Below, piece after piece: positions 1 through 9,319 of a stretch of DNA of 64,000 nucleotides. Source of the DNA: Candidatus Woesearchaeota archaeon (GTDB lineage Archaea > Nanobdellota > Nanobdellia > Woesearchaeales > JACJVW01). A model generated the notes under the pieces. The model did no database searches and was not told the origin of the DNA. It worked only from the letters and a program-made list of their open reading frames with translations. Made by a program: the position numbers and the translations under genes. Location: contig JACJVW010000003.1 of assembly GCA_020637435.1 (NCBI GenBank), forward strand, positions 4,787 to 68,786, given 5' to 3'. The number at the start of each line of letters is the position of its first letter. Positions within the stretch are counted from its first letter, which is position 1.

Positions 1-253
1 TGGATTCACAACCCATAAAGAAGGGATTATGATGCAGCTCACCTTCCATCCGGGAAGGATAGCCCATTTGTTGACACATTGATGAACCTTCTTCTGAGAC
101 GCTTTTCACAGAGCCGTGGAGCACTCCTCTTGGTCCGGAGATGAGGGTTGCCAATTTCGCATACGAATCCACATGCACACCCATATACTCTGCTTTTGTG
201 CAAGCATTGGGGCAGTACAGCTGACCTGCCAGGAGCGCTACTACAAGATCCAT
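1..253 (-). CDS. hypothetical protein, 3' end beyond window edge
   Basis: Manual translation MDLVVALLAGQLYCPNAC... open from ATG at 253 to the window edge; divergent from xth; not in ORF track. Confidence 0.4.
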   Translation of the reverse strand, partial: MDLVVALLAGQLYCPNACTKAEYMGVHVDSYAKLATLISGPRGVLHGSVKSVSEEGSSMCQQMGYPSRMEGELHHNPFFMGCES

Positions 254-321
254 AGTGGTTGCGAAGTGTTCATGGTTTAAAATGATTACATTTTTAATGG
301 AAGGTGTCTGACTGCATAATC

Positions 322-1095
322 ATGAAGATAATCTCCTGGAATGTGAATGGAATAAGGGCCGTGCTCAATAAGGGTTTTCTAGATTTCCTGCAACAGGAGA
401 GTCCGGATATCGTCTGTATCCAGGAGACGAAAGCTCACCCGGAACAGGTGGACTTGGCCTTGGATGATTATCCTCATCATTTTTGGAATTCCGCTGTGCG
501 AAAAGGCTACTCTGGTACTGCCATATTCAGCAGGATAGAACCTTTGCAGGTGCATTATGGGTTGGGCATCGAAGAGCATGATACTGAAGGAAGAATCATC
601 ACTTTAGAATTTGATGACTTTTATCTTACGACTGTGTATACTCCCAATTCCGGAAGGGACCTTGGTCGTCTTGGATACCGTCATAAAGATTGGGATCCAG
701 CGTTCTTGTCGTATGTTAAAAAGCTTGAAAAGGAGAAACCGGTCATTTTTTGCGGTGACTTAAATGTGGCTCACAAGGAGATTGATTTGAAGAATCCGCA
801 GACGAACAAGACGACCAAGAGCAAGCCCGGCAATGCCGGATTTACCGACCAGGAGCGTGAAGGTTTTGATAATATTATGGGAGCAGGTTTTGTTGATACG
901 TTTAGGCATTTCTATCCTGAGAAGGAGCAGTACACCTGGTGGAGCTATATGTTCAGCGCAAGGGCGAAGAATGTGGGCTGGCGAATCGACTATTTCTGCG
1001 TGTCATCATCCTTGATGGATAGAGTAAAGGATGCATTTATTCTTGACCAGGTTATGGGTTCCGACCACTGCCCTGTGGGGATTGTCCTTAAGTAA
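322..1095 (+). CDS. xth: exodeoxyribonuclease III (AP endonuclease)
   Basis: [32 protein letters not shown] and SDHCP motifs; start moved to ATG 322. Confidence 0.95.
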   Translation: MKIISWNVNGIRAVLNKGFLDFLQQESPDIVCIQETKAHPEQVDLALDDYPHHFWNSAVRKGYSGTAIFSRIEPLQVHYGLGIEEHDTEGRIITLEFDDFYLTTVYTPNSGRDLGRLGYRHKDWDPAFLSYVKKLEKEKPVIFCGDLNVAHKEIDLKNPQTNKTTKSKPGNAGFTDQEREGFDNIMGAGFVDTFRHFYPEKEQYTWWSYMFSARAKNVGWRIDYFCVSSSLMDRVKDAFILDQVMGSDHCPVGIVLK

Positions 1096-1134
1096 CCGAA
1101 CATTATTTAATAGGTGTTTTTTTACTCTGTTCCT

Positions 1135-2340
1135 ATGGCAGATGTCTGGATTCACAAGTATGCTCCTTCTTCAAGCTCTGAGGTTGTTGGCCAGAATAAG
1201 GCTATCGAGGAGATGAAAGCATTCATACAGGATTTCTCAAAGCAAAAAAAGAAATCGATGATACTTTACGGGGATAGCGGGAGCGGAAAGACTTCGAGCG
1301 TTTATGCCGTAGCGCATGAACTGGAGCTTGAGGTCATCGAGGTAAATGCCTCTGATTTTCGTACTAAAGATCTAATCAATGAACGGCTAGGCAAGGCGCT
1401 TGGGCAGATGAGTCTTTTTGCAAAGAGCAAGGTTGTGCTTGTCGATGAAGTCGACGGCATGTCGGGCACGAAGGACCGCGGAGGTATCCCCGCTATTGTC
1501 GCTCTCATCAAGGACACCAAGTTTCCTATCTTCATCACGGCGAATGATCCTTGGGATAAGAAGTTCTCTGCGCTTCGTAAAGAGGCAGAGATGACTGAGT
1601 TTAGGACATTGTCGTATATCTCTATCACTAATCTGCTCAAGCATATCTGCAAGGAAGAGGAGGTGTCGTACGACGAGGACGACCTGAAGACGATCGCAAG
1701 AAGGTGTGGTGGGGATGCTCGTGCAGCTATCAATGATCTGCAGATGGTACTTGGTACTAAGAAGGTACTTGAGAAAAATGACCTGCTTGCACTTAGCGAA
1801 CGTGACCAGCAGGACAGTATCACTAATGCGCTGATGAAGGTGTTCAAGACTACCGATCCGGAAGTAGCGATAACCGCTTTCGACAATATTCCTGAGGATG
1901 TCAATGAGGTGTTTCTTTGGGTCGCTCATAATCTTCCGCGAGAATATAAGAAACCTGAGGATCTTGTAAGGGCTTATGACGCAATCAGCAGGGCGGATGT
2001 GTTCCAGGGTCGTATCAGGAGGCGGCAACATTGGCGTTACCTTGTGTATGTGTACGCGCTGTTGAGCGCAGGTGTTGCGACGGCGAAGGATGAGAAATAT
2101 AAGGGTTTCACTTCATATGAGCAGACTAAGCGGATACTTATGCTGTGGCAGGCAAAGATGAAGTATGAGAAACGCAATTCAATTTCCGAGAAAATAGCTG
2201 AGAAGACACATACTTCAAAGAAGCGTGTCATCCAGGATGTGTTGCCTTTCTTTAAAGAGATGTACAAGTCTATGGACAGGAGCGCTGTAGACGATGATCT
2301 TGAACTCTCCAAGGAAGAGATAGCCTGGCTTGTGAAATAA
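1135..2340 (+). CDS. rfcL: replication factor C large subunit
   Basis: W..KYAP N-terminus, Walker A GDSGSGKT, ELNASD-like EVNASD, Walker B LVDEVDG, archaeal RFC-L C-terminal helices. Confidence 0.93.
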   Translation: MADVWIHKYAPSSSSEVVGQNKAIEEMKAFIQDFSKQKKKSMILYGDSGSGKTSSVYAVAHELELEVIEVNASDFRTKDLINERLGKALGQMSLFAKSKVVLVDEVDGMSGTKDRGGIPAIVALIKDTKFPIFITANDPWDKKFSALRKEAEMTEFRTLSYISITNLLKHICKEEEVSYDEDDLKTIARRCGGDARAAINDLQMVLGTKKVLEKNDLLALSERDQQDSITNALMKVFKTTDPEVAITAFDNIPEDVNEVFLWVAHNLPREYKKPEDLVRAYDAISRADVFQGRIRRRQHWRYLVYVYALLSAGVATAKDEKYKGFTSYEQTKRILMLWQAKMKYEKRNSISEKIAEKTHTSKKRVIQDVLPFFKEMYKSMDRSAVDDDLELSKEEIAWLVK

Positions 2341-2421
2341 CCTATGTCCAGTTTTTTCTTACAGAAGTTGATCGCTGTATGATACGGAACATTTATTAGC
2401 GAATACATACTTTGAAAGGGT

Positions 2422-3228
2422 ATGGGATTGCGCGCGATATGTTTTGACCTGGACGGCGTACTCTATATGCCGCATGAATTTATCAGAACGATTCTACTTC
2501 ATTCTGTGCGAGCGATGATCACGTATGGCTTGAAGGCTGAAGTCGATGTGGCGCTTGACAAGCTTATTGAGATCCGGAATGAGGATACGGGTGCGACGGA
2601 TCATTTCAATCGCCTCTGTCTACACTTCAATAGACAGGAAGACCCCATCATCATCGCTTCCGGTGTGGAGAAGTACCATGAGAGCAAGACTGCGTACATG
2701 CAACGTCCAAAAGGACTGGACTATGTTCTCTCAAAACTTAAGGAACACTACATCTTATGTCTTGTCTCGAATGGACGACCTATAAAGCAGGCAGACAAGG
2801 CTGTGCGGCTTGGCATAGTGCACTATTTCACAAAGTTTGGCTCAGACGCAAGTATAAGGCAACGTATGGTATATATCTCGAATGATCCTTCAAAGATGAA
2901 ACCCATGCCGTATCTTTGGAATGCTTGTACACAAGATCTAGGTGTTGATTTTAGCGAGTGTGTCATGATCGGAGACAAATTATGGGAAGACATGGTCGGC
3001 GCTAAACGTCTGGGGATGAAGACTATAAAGATAAATCAAGGTAATCACGCTCTGCTTTCCATCAAAGATTCTTTTGTGAAAGCGAAGAAATCAACTGCTT
3101 TTAAGCGTCTTTATCCCAAGGGGTTAACGCTAAAGGAGTTCACTGAGCTAGCAACTCCAGATGCTCAGGCAATCGATCTTACAGAGCTGCCTGGACTTAT
3201 CCAGAATATCGCCGCAGATCTCGAATAG
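2422..3228 (+). CDS. HAD-superfamily hydrolase
   Basis: FDLDGVL motif I, VSNG motif II, KP motif III, IGDKLWEDMVGA motif IV. Confidence 0.88.
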   Translation: MGLRAICFDLDGVLYMPHEFIRTILLHSVRAMITYGLKAEVDVALDKLIEIRNEDTGATDHFNRLCLHFNRQEDPIIIASGVEKYHESKTAYMQRPKGLDYVLSKLKEHYILCLVSNGRPIKQADKAVRLGIVHYFTKFGSDASIRQRMVYISNDPSKMKPMPYLWNACTQDLGVDFSECVMIGDKLWEDMVGAKRLGMKTIKINQGNHALLSIKDSFVKAKKSTAFKRLYPKGLTLKEFTELATPDAQAIDLTELPGLIQNIAADLE

Positions 3229-3895
3229 TCCCAAAAGACTTGAGTTCTCCATCATGGGTTATGGTCACGTTGAAATTATCTATCTCTTTTAGGTAGGGAC
3301 TGAGCAAACGTTCGCGAAGAACATCGGTGCCCTGTGTCAAGACATTGCAGGAAGGATGTACCAACAGGCGTAAACCTTTCCATTTTCCATCAAGGAAGCA
3401 TTTGAATGTCTCTTCCATAGCACCTTCACGGATGGTGACCGCTGGGTGTTCGTGACCGATGATGACAGTGTCTACTTCATTTGGCATCTGTCGTATGATG
3501 TGGCCGTGCGTGACACCTATGGAGCCGAATACATACGTATCAAGCATACGCATATTGAGATCCTCTAATATCGGGCCAAGGATCATGTCATGATTGCCTT
3601 TGATGATGATGAGTTCGTGTTTGCGGGCCAGAAAACGAAGAAGTTTCTTGACTTCTTCAGATTCCTTGAAGAGGATGCCGCCGATGTGATGCTTGATGTC
3701 ACCGTTGAGTATTATCTTTTTTGGACATACCTTTAGCAACATTTGTTCTAAGCGCTTAATGGTCTTCTCGAATTGATTCTGCGGCACATGGATACCTGTC
3801 TGACGAAGCACCGCTTCGTAGCCCAGGTGAATATCACCTATGATCAGAGTATTATCTATCACCCATCCAAGGTCTTGCATGCGTATATCTGGCAT
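3197..3895 (-). CDS. archaeal calcineurin-like metallophosphoesterase
   Basis: GDIHLG, NGDIKH, KGNHD, THGH and GHEHP metal-binding motifs. Confidence 0.88.
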   Translation of the reverse strand: MPDIRMQDLGWVIDNTLIIGDIHLGYEAVLRQTGIHVPQNQFEKTIKRLEQMLLKVCPKKIILNGDIKHHIGGILFKESEEVKKLLRFLARKHELIIIKGNHDMILGPILEDLNMRMLDTYVFGSIGVTHGHIIRQMPNEVDTVIIGHEHPAVTIREGAMEETFKCFLDGKWKGLRLLVHPSCNVLTQGTDVLRERLLSPYLKEIDNFNVTITHDGELKSFGTIRDLRRYSG

Positions 3896-4039
3896 AGAGG
3901 TCCATAATCTCGTCTTTCATATAAGAATTTTGGCTACCAGAGGTAGATTTTTGGCTATTTATAAAGAAACATTTAAAAAGGTCAAAGTATTCTTCTTTAT
4001 AAATCCTTAAAAAGGGTTTATAATCTTGGGGGTATTAAC

Positions 4040-4594
4040 ATGGCAAAAACCACTGTTGTCAACATGGTAATTTCTACCGCTCTAGAAGAGCACATCAATC
4101 TGGATAAGTTAGCTTCTACGCTTCCGAACACTGAGTATAATCCTGAGCAGTTTCCAGGACTGATTATGAGAATCAAGGATCCTAAAACCTCAGCCCTTAT
4201 CTTCACCAGTGGACGAGTCGTCTGCACAGGAGCAAAGAATATGGCTGATGCTGAGCGTTCAGTACAGAACATCATCGAATCGCTCAAAAAGATAAAGGTC
4301 CATATCAAGATCAAACCTATACTACATGTACAGAATATGGTCGCGGCAGGTTCACTAGGTTATGACCTGAATCTGAACAAACTTGCTATAACACTGAACA
4401 ACGTTGAATACGAACCTGAACAGTTCCCGGGTCTTGTGTACAAGATCAAATCACCTAAGACCAGTTTCCTACTGTTCGGCAATGGTAAGATCGTTGTTAC
4501 CGGTATCAAGAATGATGCGGATTTGGTTAAGTCTGTAGAGGTTCTTGAAGAGACTCTTGGAAAAGTCATGGACACCGGCAAGAAGAAAAAATAA
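4040..4594 (+). CDS. tbp: TATA-box binding protein
   Basis: Two repeats NMV...EY.PEQFPGL...LIF.SG.VV.TG. Confidence 0.98.
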   Translation: MAKTTVVNMVISTALEEHINLDKLASTLPNTEYNPEQFPGLIMRIKDPKTSALIFTSGRVVCTGAKNMADAERSVQNIIESLKKIKVHIKIKPILHVQNMVAAGSLGYDLNLNKLAITLNNVEYEPEQFPGLVYKIKSPKTSFLLFGNGKIVVTGIKNDADLVKSVEVLEETLGKVMDTGKKKK

Positions 4595-4641
4595 TTTTTT
4601 TATTTACCCTCTTTCTGTAATCGTTAAGAAGAAGGAAAAAA

Positions 4642-4660
4642 AATGGACATTTAGTCCATT
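4642..4660 (-). terminator. hairpin plus U-tract at the end of the acidic micropeptide
   Basis: AATGGAC-ATTTA-GTCCATT inverted repeat followed on the minus strand by a T run. Confidence 0.45.
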
Positions 4661-4752
4661 AAGCCTTCATCGTCGGAATCGTCACCAAAAGAAAGTTCCG
4701 CAAAGTCTTCGCCGATTTCAGCTGAATATTCGAGTGACTCGTCGTCATACAT
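4651..4752 (-). CDS. 33-aa highly acidic small protein
   Basis: MYDDESLEYSAEIGEDFAELSFGDDSDDEGLMD*; TATA-like box at 4805-4810; below the ORF-track cutoff. Confidence 0.55.
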   Translation of the reverse strand: MYDDESLEYSAEIGEDFAELSFGDDSDDEGLMD

Positions 4753-4909
4753 TATTTACACAAAACCCCTTCTACTGTGTTTAGGGAATCCATGAAGACA
4801 CTTCTATAAAAACATTTCGCTACATTAGCAGTGTTTTTGCATAGAAAAAAAATGTAGGTGCTACTACTTTTAATACTTTGAAATAAAGAATAATAGAGGA
4901 ATAAAAAAT

Positions 4910-5491
4910 TTAATACTGCCTTCGCAGCATGCTTGCTTTCTTTGAAGGACGAACCTTTTCAGCTCCTTTGCCTTTGTTCATAAGGCCTCGGGACTTTCGA
5001 CCAGCTGTTGTCTTTCCTCTAAAAGCACGTCCTTTGTGCTTGTCTTGGGTGATCCAGCTTAGGTTCTTGTCTTTCTTAATAGCAGGATGGGCACGGTCAA
5101 CAAGGATGACTTCATACCATGCATGCTTTCCGTCTTTCGCAAGGTAGTAGCTTCCAAGTGCCTCGCAGTTAGGGAACGCTTTGCTAGCGCGCTCTTCAGC
5201 TACCTGCTGATAGTTCTTGTCAAGGACCATCTTCTGTCTGGAATGTTTCGGACGTCGTCCTCCCATCTCATCAGGTCGCATATGTCCGCCTCGCATGACA
5301 CGCTGACGTACGACGACGATTCCCTGCTTGGCTTTGTAGCCGATAGAACGTGCACGGTCAAGCCTCGTCGGTTTTGCGATCCTTGTGGTGACCGGTTCTC
5401 TTCGCCATTCAATAAGATGCTCTTTCCAGGAGTCTCCGAGATTTTTCTTCGGAGCTTTCCATAGGTCTTTTAGATATTTGTATAAGCTCAT
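4910..5491 (-). CDS. rpl15e: 50S ribosomal protein L15e (eL15)
   Basis: RPTRLDRAR-like KPTRLDRARSIGYKAKQG, YEVILVD, GRAFRGKT..GRKSRGL. Confidence 0.98.
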   Translation of the reverse strand: MSLYKYLKDLWKAPKKNLGDSWKEHLIEWRREPVTTRIAKPTRLDRARSIGYKAKQGIVVVRQRVMRGGHMRPDEMGGRRPKHSRQKMVLDKNYQQVAEERASKAFPNCEALGSYYLAKDGKHAWYEVILVDRAHPAIKKDKNLSWITQDKHKGRAFRGKTTAGRKSRGLMNKGKGAEKVRPSKKASMLRRQY

Positions 5492-5510
5492 TATATAGCC
5501 TCCATATTTT

Positions 5511-5596
5511 AGTCTGCTTTGCAGTCAATACCTATTCAGGAAAGCCATTTCCCACATCCAGGTATCAGTCTGGTGGATTTCTGAGGCATTTATAAA
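5511..5596 (-). promoter_or_regulatory. rpl15e promoter (TTTATAAA 5589-5596) and structured 5' leader
   Basis: ATACCT/AGGTAT outer stem (5528-33/5560-65) enclosing a GGAAA/TTTCC hairpin (5539-52); CTGC-AAA-GCAG hairpin; GGAGG SD. Confidence 0.5.
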
Positions 5597-5825
5597 GCTT
5601 CCTGTGAAGTTTCTATAGACTCGGGCTAGATTCCAGTCGGGATGTGCTTGTTAATCACTCCGGAGTAACTTAATTCATACCAACTCCTGCCAGTCCCAAC
5701 TTTCCCTAAAATAAAGGAGTTCGTGGTTCTCCTTCGAAAAACCGGTTCTCCCTAATCAAAACCTTTAAATAGTGGCTATAGTCCTTGAAATCGTATATGT
5801 CATGCTCATTGGGAGGCTGTGTAAT

Positions 5826-6239
5826 ATGAGAAAATTCCTATCAAAAATCAGATCGGCTATCAATCCGCCGGAAGAGACTGACCAGGAAGATGGTTATGTC
5901 GAGATTGAGGGTGAATCAGAAAGCCCTCAGAAGAAGATTGTAGTCAGACCTTTCACACTTAAAGAGTTCGAAGATATCAAAGATATTCTGGAAACCCTGC
6001 GGAAAGGGAATACCATTTGTCTGGTCAACATCAAACCGCTCAAAGACAAGGACTTGCTTGAGCTTAAACAGGCTATCAATAAACTGAAGAAGACCTGTGA
6101 CGCTCATGATGGCGAGATAGCCGGCTTTGGTGAAGAATGGATCGTTGTGACTCCATCATTCGCGACAATCTACAAGAGCAAGGCTATGCCTACTGTGGAT
6201 GACGATGATGAAGAACGCTCCAATCTACAGACCTATTGA
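5826..6239 (+). CDS. sepF: cell division protein SepF
   Basis: LRKGNTICLVNI, LKKTCDAHDGEIAG, IVVTP pattern; GGGAGG SD before ATG 5826. Confidence 0.9.
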   Translation: MRKFLSKIRSAINPPEETDQEDGYVEIEGESESPQKKIVVRPFTLKEFEDIKDILETLRKGNTICLVNIKPLKDKDLLELKQAINKLKKTCDAHDGEIAGFGEEWIVVTPSFATIYKSKAMPTVDDDDEERSNLQTY

Positions 6240-6291
6240 TTCTTTTTATTAAGATACTTTTTTAAATTGGTCGTTGTTTGATTCTTCTCAC

Positions 6292-6386
6292 GGGTCCATA
6301 GCTTAGCCTGGTATAGCATTCGGCTCTTAATTGGGCTTTTCCAAGCTGAAACCGAAAGGTCGGGGGTTCGAATCCCTCTGGACCCA
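6292..6386 (+). tRNA. tRNA-Lys(CTT) with 21-nt intron (6330-6350) at position 37/38
   Basis: GGGTCCA/TGGACCC acceptor stem, TTCGG/CCGAA anticodon stem, CTT at 6326-28, GGTTCGAAT T-loop. Confidence 0.9.
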
Positions 6387-6701
6387 TACCTCTTCTTTAA
6401 GTCTATCTGTCTGAACCCCGGGGTTCGAATTGTTGTGAACGAAGTGAACAACATAGACATGAGCTTGCTCATGGCGTTCCCTCTGGACCCATACCTCTTC
6501 TTTAAGTCTATCTTTCTGAACCTTGGGGTTCGAATTGTTGTGAACGAAGTGAACAACATAGACATGAGCTTGCTCATGGCGTTCCCTCTGGACCCATATA
6601 TCTTCTTTAAGTCTATCTGTCTGAACTTTGGGGTTCGAATTGTTGTGAACGAAGTGAACAACATAGACATGAGCTTGCTCATGGCGTTCCCTCTTGGTCC
6701 A
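6387..6701 (+). repeat. 3 x 105-bp tandem repeat, each ending in the tRNA-Lys 3' end with a hairpin cassette in the T-loop
   Basis: Units 6387-6491, 6492-6596 and 6597-6701, near-identical with a few substitutions. Confidence 0.95.
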
Positions 6702-6912
6702 TATACCCTTATTTTTCTTAATTGTGTCGATAGAAATTATGCCTTAATAAGGAGTCTTCCATATGCATGAAGACTACTACTGCGACCCCCCTGGGAGCAT
6801 ATCCCTACTTCCAGAGCAATAACTTTTTAAAGTATAAAATTCCTACTTATCGGAGAGTAGCAACACTCATTCTAAAAGAGGTGCTGAGTACAGCATAGAG
6901 AGGTACAAACAA

Positions 6913-7806
6913 ATGAAAAAAAGTTTAGTGATTATTGGATTACTATTTATGAGCCTGTTCGTATACGCGGAGGGCCAGACACATGTTTATGTAGAAGGAT
7001 ATGTTATGGATGACTTGGGTAACAAGTACGGCAATATGGATGTTCATGCATACATGGACGAGGGAGATGGAGTTTTTTCCTCTTCTGATCGATTGTATGA
7101 TACTGTAGTCTCAGAGCTTTCGAACGGTATACACAACGGCTATTACTGGTTGAATATACCTGCATCTGACTTTGAAGTCGGTGCTACTATGTTCATCGTC
7201 TATCAAAATGTAAGCCATGAAGCTATCGTTACTCTTGCTGACCTTAAAGCCATGAACTATAAGAAGGATCTTAAGATTGTTGAGAAGAACTTAGAAGTTG
7301 AGGGTGTGGAAGCAGAGACTGAAGATTCTATGGAAGAGACATCTGTGGATGAAGTGACTGAAGAGGAGACTGAGGATACTATGGAAAATACTGCTGATGT
7401 AGAAGTAGCTGAAGAAGAGACTGAGGATTCTATGGAAGAGACTTCTGAGGAAGAAGTAGCTGAAGAAGAGACTGAGGACTCTATGGAAGAGACTTCTGAT
7501 GTAGAAGTAGCTGAAGAAGAGACTGAGGACTCTATGGAAGAGACTTCTGATGTAGAAGTAGCTGAAGAAGAAACTGAGGACTCTATGGAGGACACTGTTG
7601 AAGAAGAGGCTGTACCAGAAGAAGAAACTTCTGAAGATGAGTCTGATGCGGAGAAAGACGAAGGTATGCAAGTCACTATGCCAAGCATCGGCGGCAATAT
7701 GTCACTATTCGTCGGAGCAGGTGTCGTCATCATCCTTTTGCTCATCCTGGCTTGGATCTTCAGTTCAAGGTCCAGAGGCAGGAAACCGGACTACGTTGTC
7801 CGATAA
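6913..7806 (+). CDS. secreted, C-terminally membrane-anchored protein with acidic repeat stalk
   Basis: Signal peptide, 17-aa Glu-rich repeats, C-terminal TM helix followed by basic residues. Confidence 0.8.
   Translation: MKKSLVIIGLLFMSLFVYAEGQTHVYVEGYVMDDLGNKYGNMDVHAYMDEGDGVFSSSDRLYDTVVSELSNGIHNGYYWLNIPASDFEVGATMFIVYQNVSHEAIVTLADLKAMNYKKDLKIVEKNLEVEGVEAETEDSMEETSVDEVTEEETEDTMENTADVEVAEEETEDSMEETSEEEVAEEETEDSMEETSDVEVAEEETEDSMEETSDVEVAEEETEDSMEDTVEEEAVPEEETSEDESDAEKDEGMQVTMPSIGGNMSLFVGAGVVIILLLILAWIFSSRSRGRKPDYVVR
7393..7596 (+). repeat. intragenic 4 x 51-bp tandem repeat (SDVEVAEEETEDSMEET)
   Basis: Four in-frame units plus two degenerate upstream units. Confidence 0.9.
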
Positions 7807-7839
7807 GCTTTTATTTTCTTTATTCATTCAACTTTTTCT

Positions 7840-9234
7840 ATGGATATTTTCCTGACTAATACACTTGGCAAGACCAAGCAACGATTCACACCTATCACTC
7901 CGGGAAAGGTCAGTATATACACCTGTGGTCCTACAGTGTATCATTATGCTCATATAGGAAACCTTCGTTCTTTTGTGTTTGCTGACCTGCTTAAACGCAT
8001 GTTCATCGCAAATAACTACAAGGTAGAGCATGTGATGAATATTACTGATGTAGGTCATCTGACGAGCGATGCGGATGACGGTGAGGACAAGCTTGAGAAG
8101 GGGGCTAGGCGTGAAGGAAAGACTGTCTGGGAAGTGGCTCAATATTATACCGACCATTTTATGGAAGACTTGAGCAGGCTTAACATTATGCTCCCCGACC
8201 ACATGCCGAAGGCTACCGACCACATTGCTGAGATGATAAGTATCATCAAGAACCTAGAGGAGAAAGGATATACGTATATCGCTGAAGGTAATGTCTATTT
8301 CGATACGCAGAAATATGCTGAGTATGCTGATTTTGCAGGACTGAAGCTTAATGAGGAAGATGCTCGGTCACGTGTGGATGAGGATGAACATAAGAAGAGT
8401 CCCTTCGATTTTGTCCTTTGGTTCACCCGTTACAAATACAGTTCTCATGAGATGGAATGGGACAGTCCCTGGGGCCGAGGGTTTCCGGGCTGGCATATTG
8501 AATGCAGCGCAATGTCGACAAAATATCTTGGAGATCATTTTGATATCCATACCGGAGGCATTGATCACATTCCTGTGCATCATACGAATGAGATCGCTCA
8601 GAGCACTTGTGCGTTTGGCCATAAATGGGTCAACTACTGGATGCACAACAATTTCCTTGTGCTTGGCGAAGATGAGAAGATATCAAAGTCGAAAGATAAT
8701 TTTCTTCGCTTGCAGACATTGATGGACAAAGGCATCTCTGGTCTTGATTATCGGTATTTCCTTCTTGGCGCTCACTACCGTAAACCTCAGACATTCTCAT
8801 TTGAAGGGCTTGAAGCAGCAAAGACTAGTCTTCGCAAGCTTGTGCAGAAGTACAAGGATGTTTCCGTCCGTGATGGACGTAATGAAGATGAATTCGATAT
8901 CTTCTATACGAAATTCCTGGAAGCGATGAATGATGACTTGAATACTCCTCAGGCACTGGCAGTGTTCTGGGAGACCGTGCAAGACACCAACATTGATGTT
9001 GGGACGAAGAGGTCGCTGTTTGATGCGTATGATGCTGTGCTTGGCATAGGGCTTAAGGAACAGGCAGAACGAAAAGAGGAAATCCCGGATGATGTCCTTG
9101 CGCTTAAATCTGAGCGGGACAAGGCGCGGGTTTTGAAGAACTGGGCGGAATCTGACCGACTACGAGATGAGATTGTGTCTAAAGGTTTTGAAGTGCTTGA
9201 CTCTAAGGATGGTACTGAAATTAGAAAGGCCTAA
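7840..9234 (+). CDS. cysS: cysteinyl-tRNA synthetase
   Basis: YTCGPTVY..AHIGNLR, GWHIECS, HTGGIDHIPVHH.NE, KMSKS-like KISKS. Confidence 0.98.
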   Translation: MDIFLTNTLGKTKQRFTPITPGKVSIYTCGPTVYHYAHIGNLRSFVFADLLKRMFIANNYKVEHVMNITDVGHLTSDADDGEDKLEKGARREGKTVWEVAQYYTDHFMEDLSRLNIMLPDHMPKATDHIAEMISIIKNLEEKGYTYIAEGNVYFDTQKYAEYADFAGLKLNEEDARSRVDEDEHKKSPFDFVLWFTRYKYSSHEMEWDSPWGRGFPGWHIECSAMSTKYLGDHFDIHTGGIDHIPVHHTNEIAQSTCAFGHKWVNYWMHNNFLVLGEDEKISKSKDNFLRLQTLMDKGISGLDYRYFLLGAHYRKPQTFSFEGLEAAKTSLRKLVQKYKDVSVRDGRNEDEFDIFYTKFLEAMNDDLNTPQALAVFWETVQDTNIDVGTKRSLFDAYDAVLGIGLKEQAERKEEIPDDVLALKSERDKARVLKNWAESDRLRDEIVSKGFEVLDSKDGTEIRKA

Positions 9235-9319
9235 GTAAATTTAGCTGGTAATGCTATCTTGACAGCACATGGTGCGGTATTTAACAAGTTTTAAATAACA
9301 AATTTCAGCGTCATACCCT

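Noticed and set aside
5615-5740. RNase P, SRP or 5S RNA identity
   Set aside because: Only short word matches; no CR-V at a proper distance, no SRP helix 8, wrong 5S architecture
6326-6351. Imperfect BHB at the tRNA-Lys intron as a sign of pseudogene
   Set aside because: Exons are canonical and relaxed motifs are plausible given the non-canonical introns elsewhere
6387-6701. CRISPR array interpretation of the tandem repeats (also 50744-51180 and 53244-53482)
   Set aside because: Units are fully repeated with no unique spacers, contain tRNA sequence, and no cas genes are present
6233-6770. ORFs 6233..6682 (-) and 6435..6770 (+)
   Set aside because: They are translations of the 105-bp repeat, whose length is divisible by 3, and one overlaps the tRNA; no coding evidence
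6750-6905. Hairpins (AGTCTTC/GAAGACT, GGGA/TCCC) and a GAGTAGC motif reminiscent of yybP-ykoY
   Set aside because: Only isolated stems; the rest of any riboswitch consensus is missing
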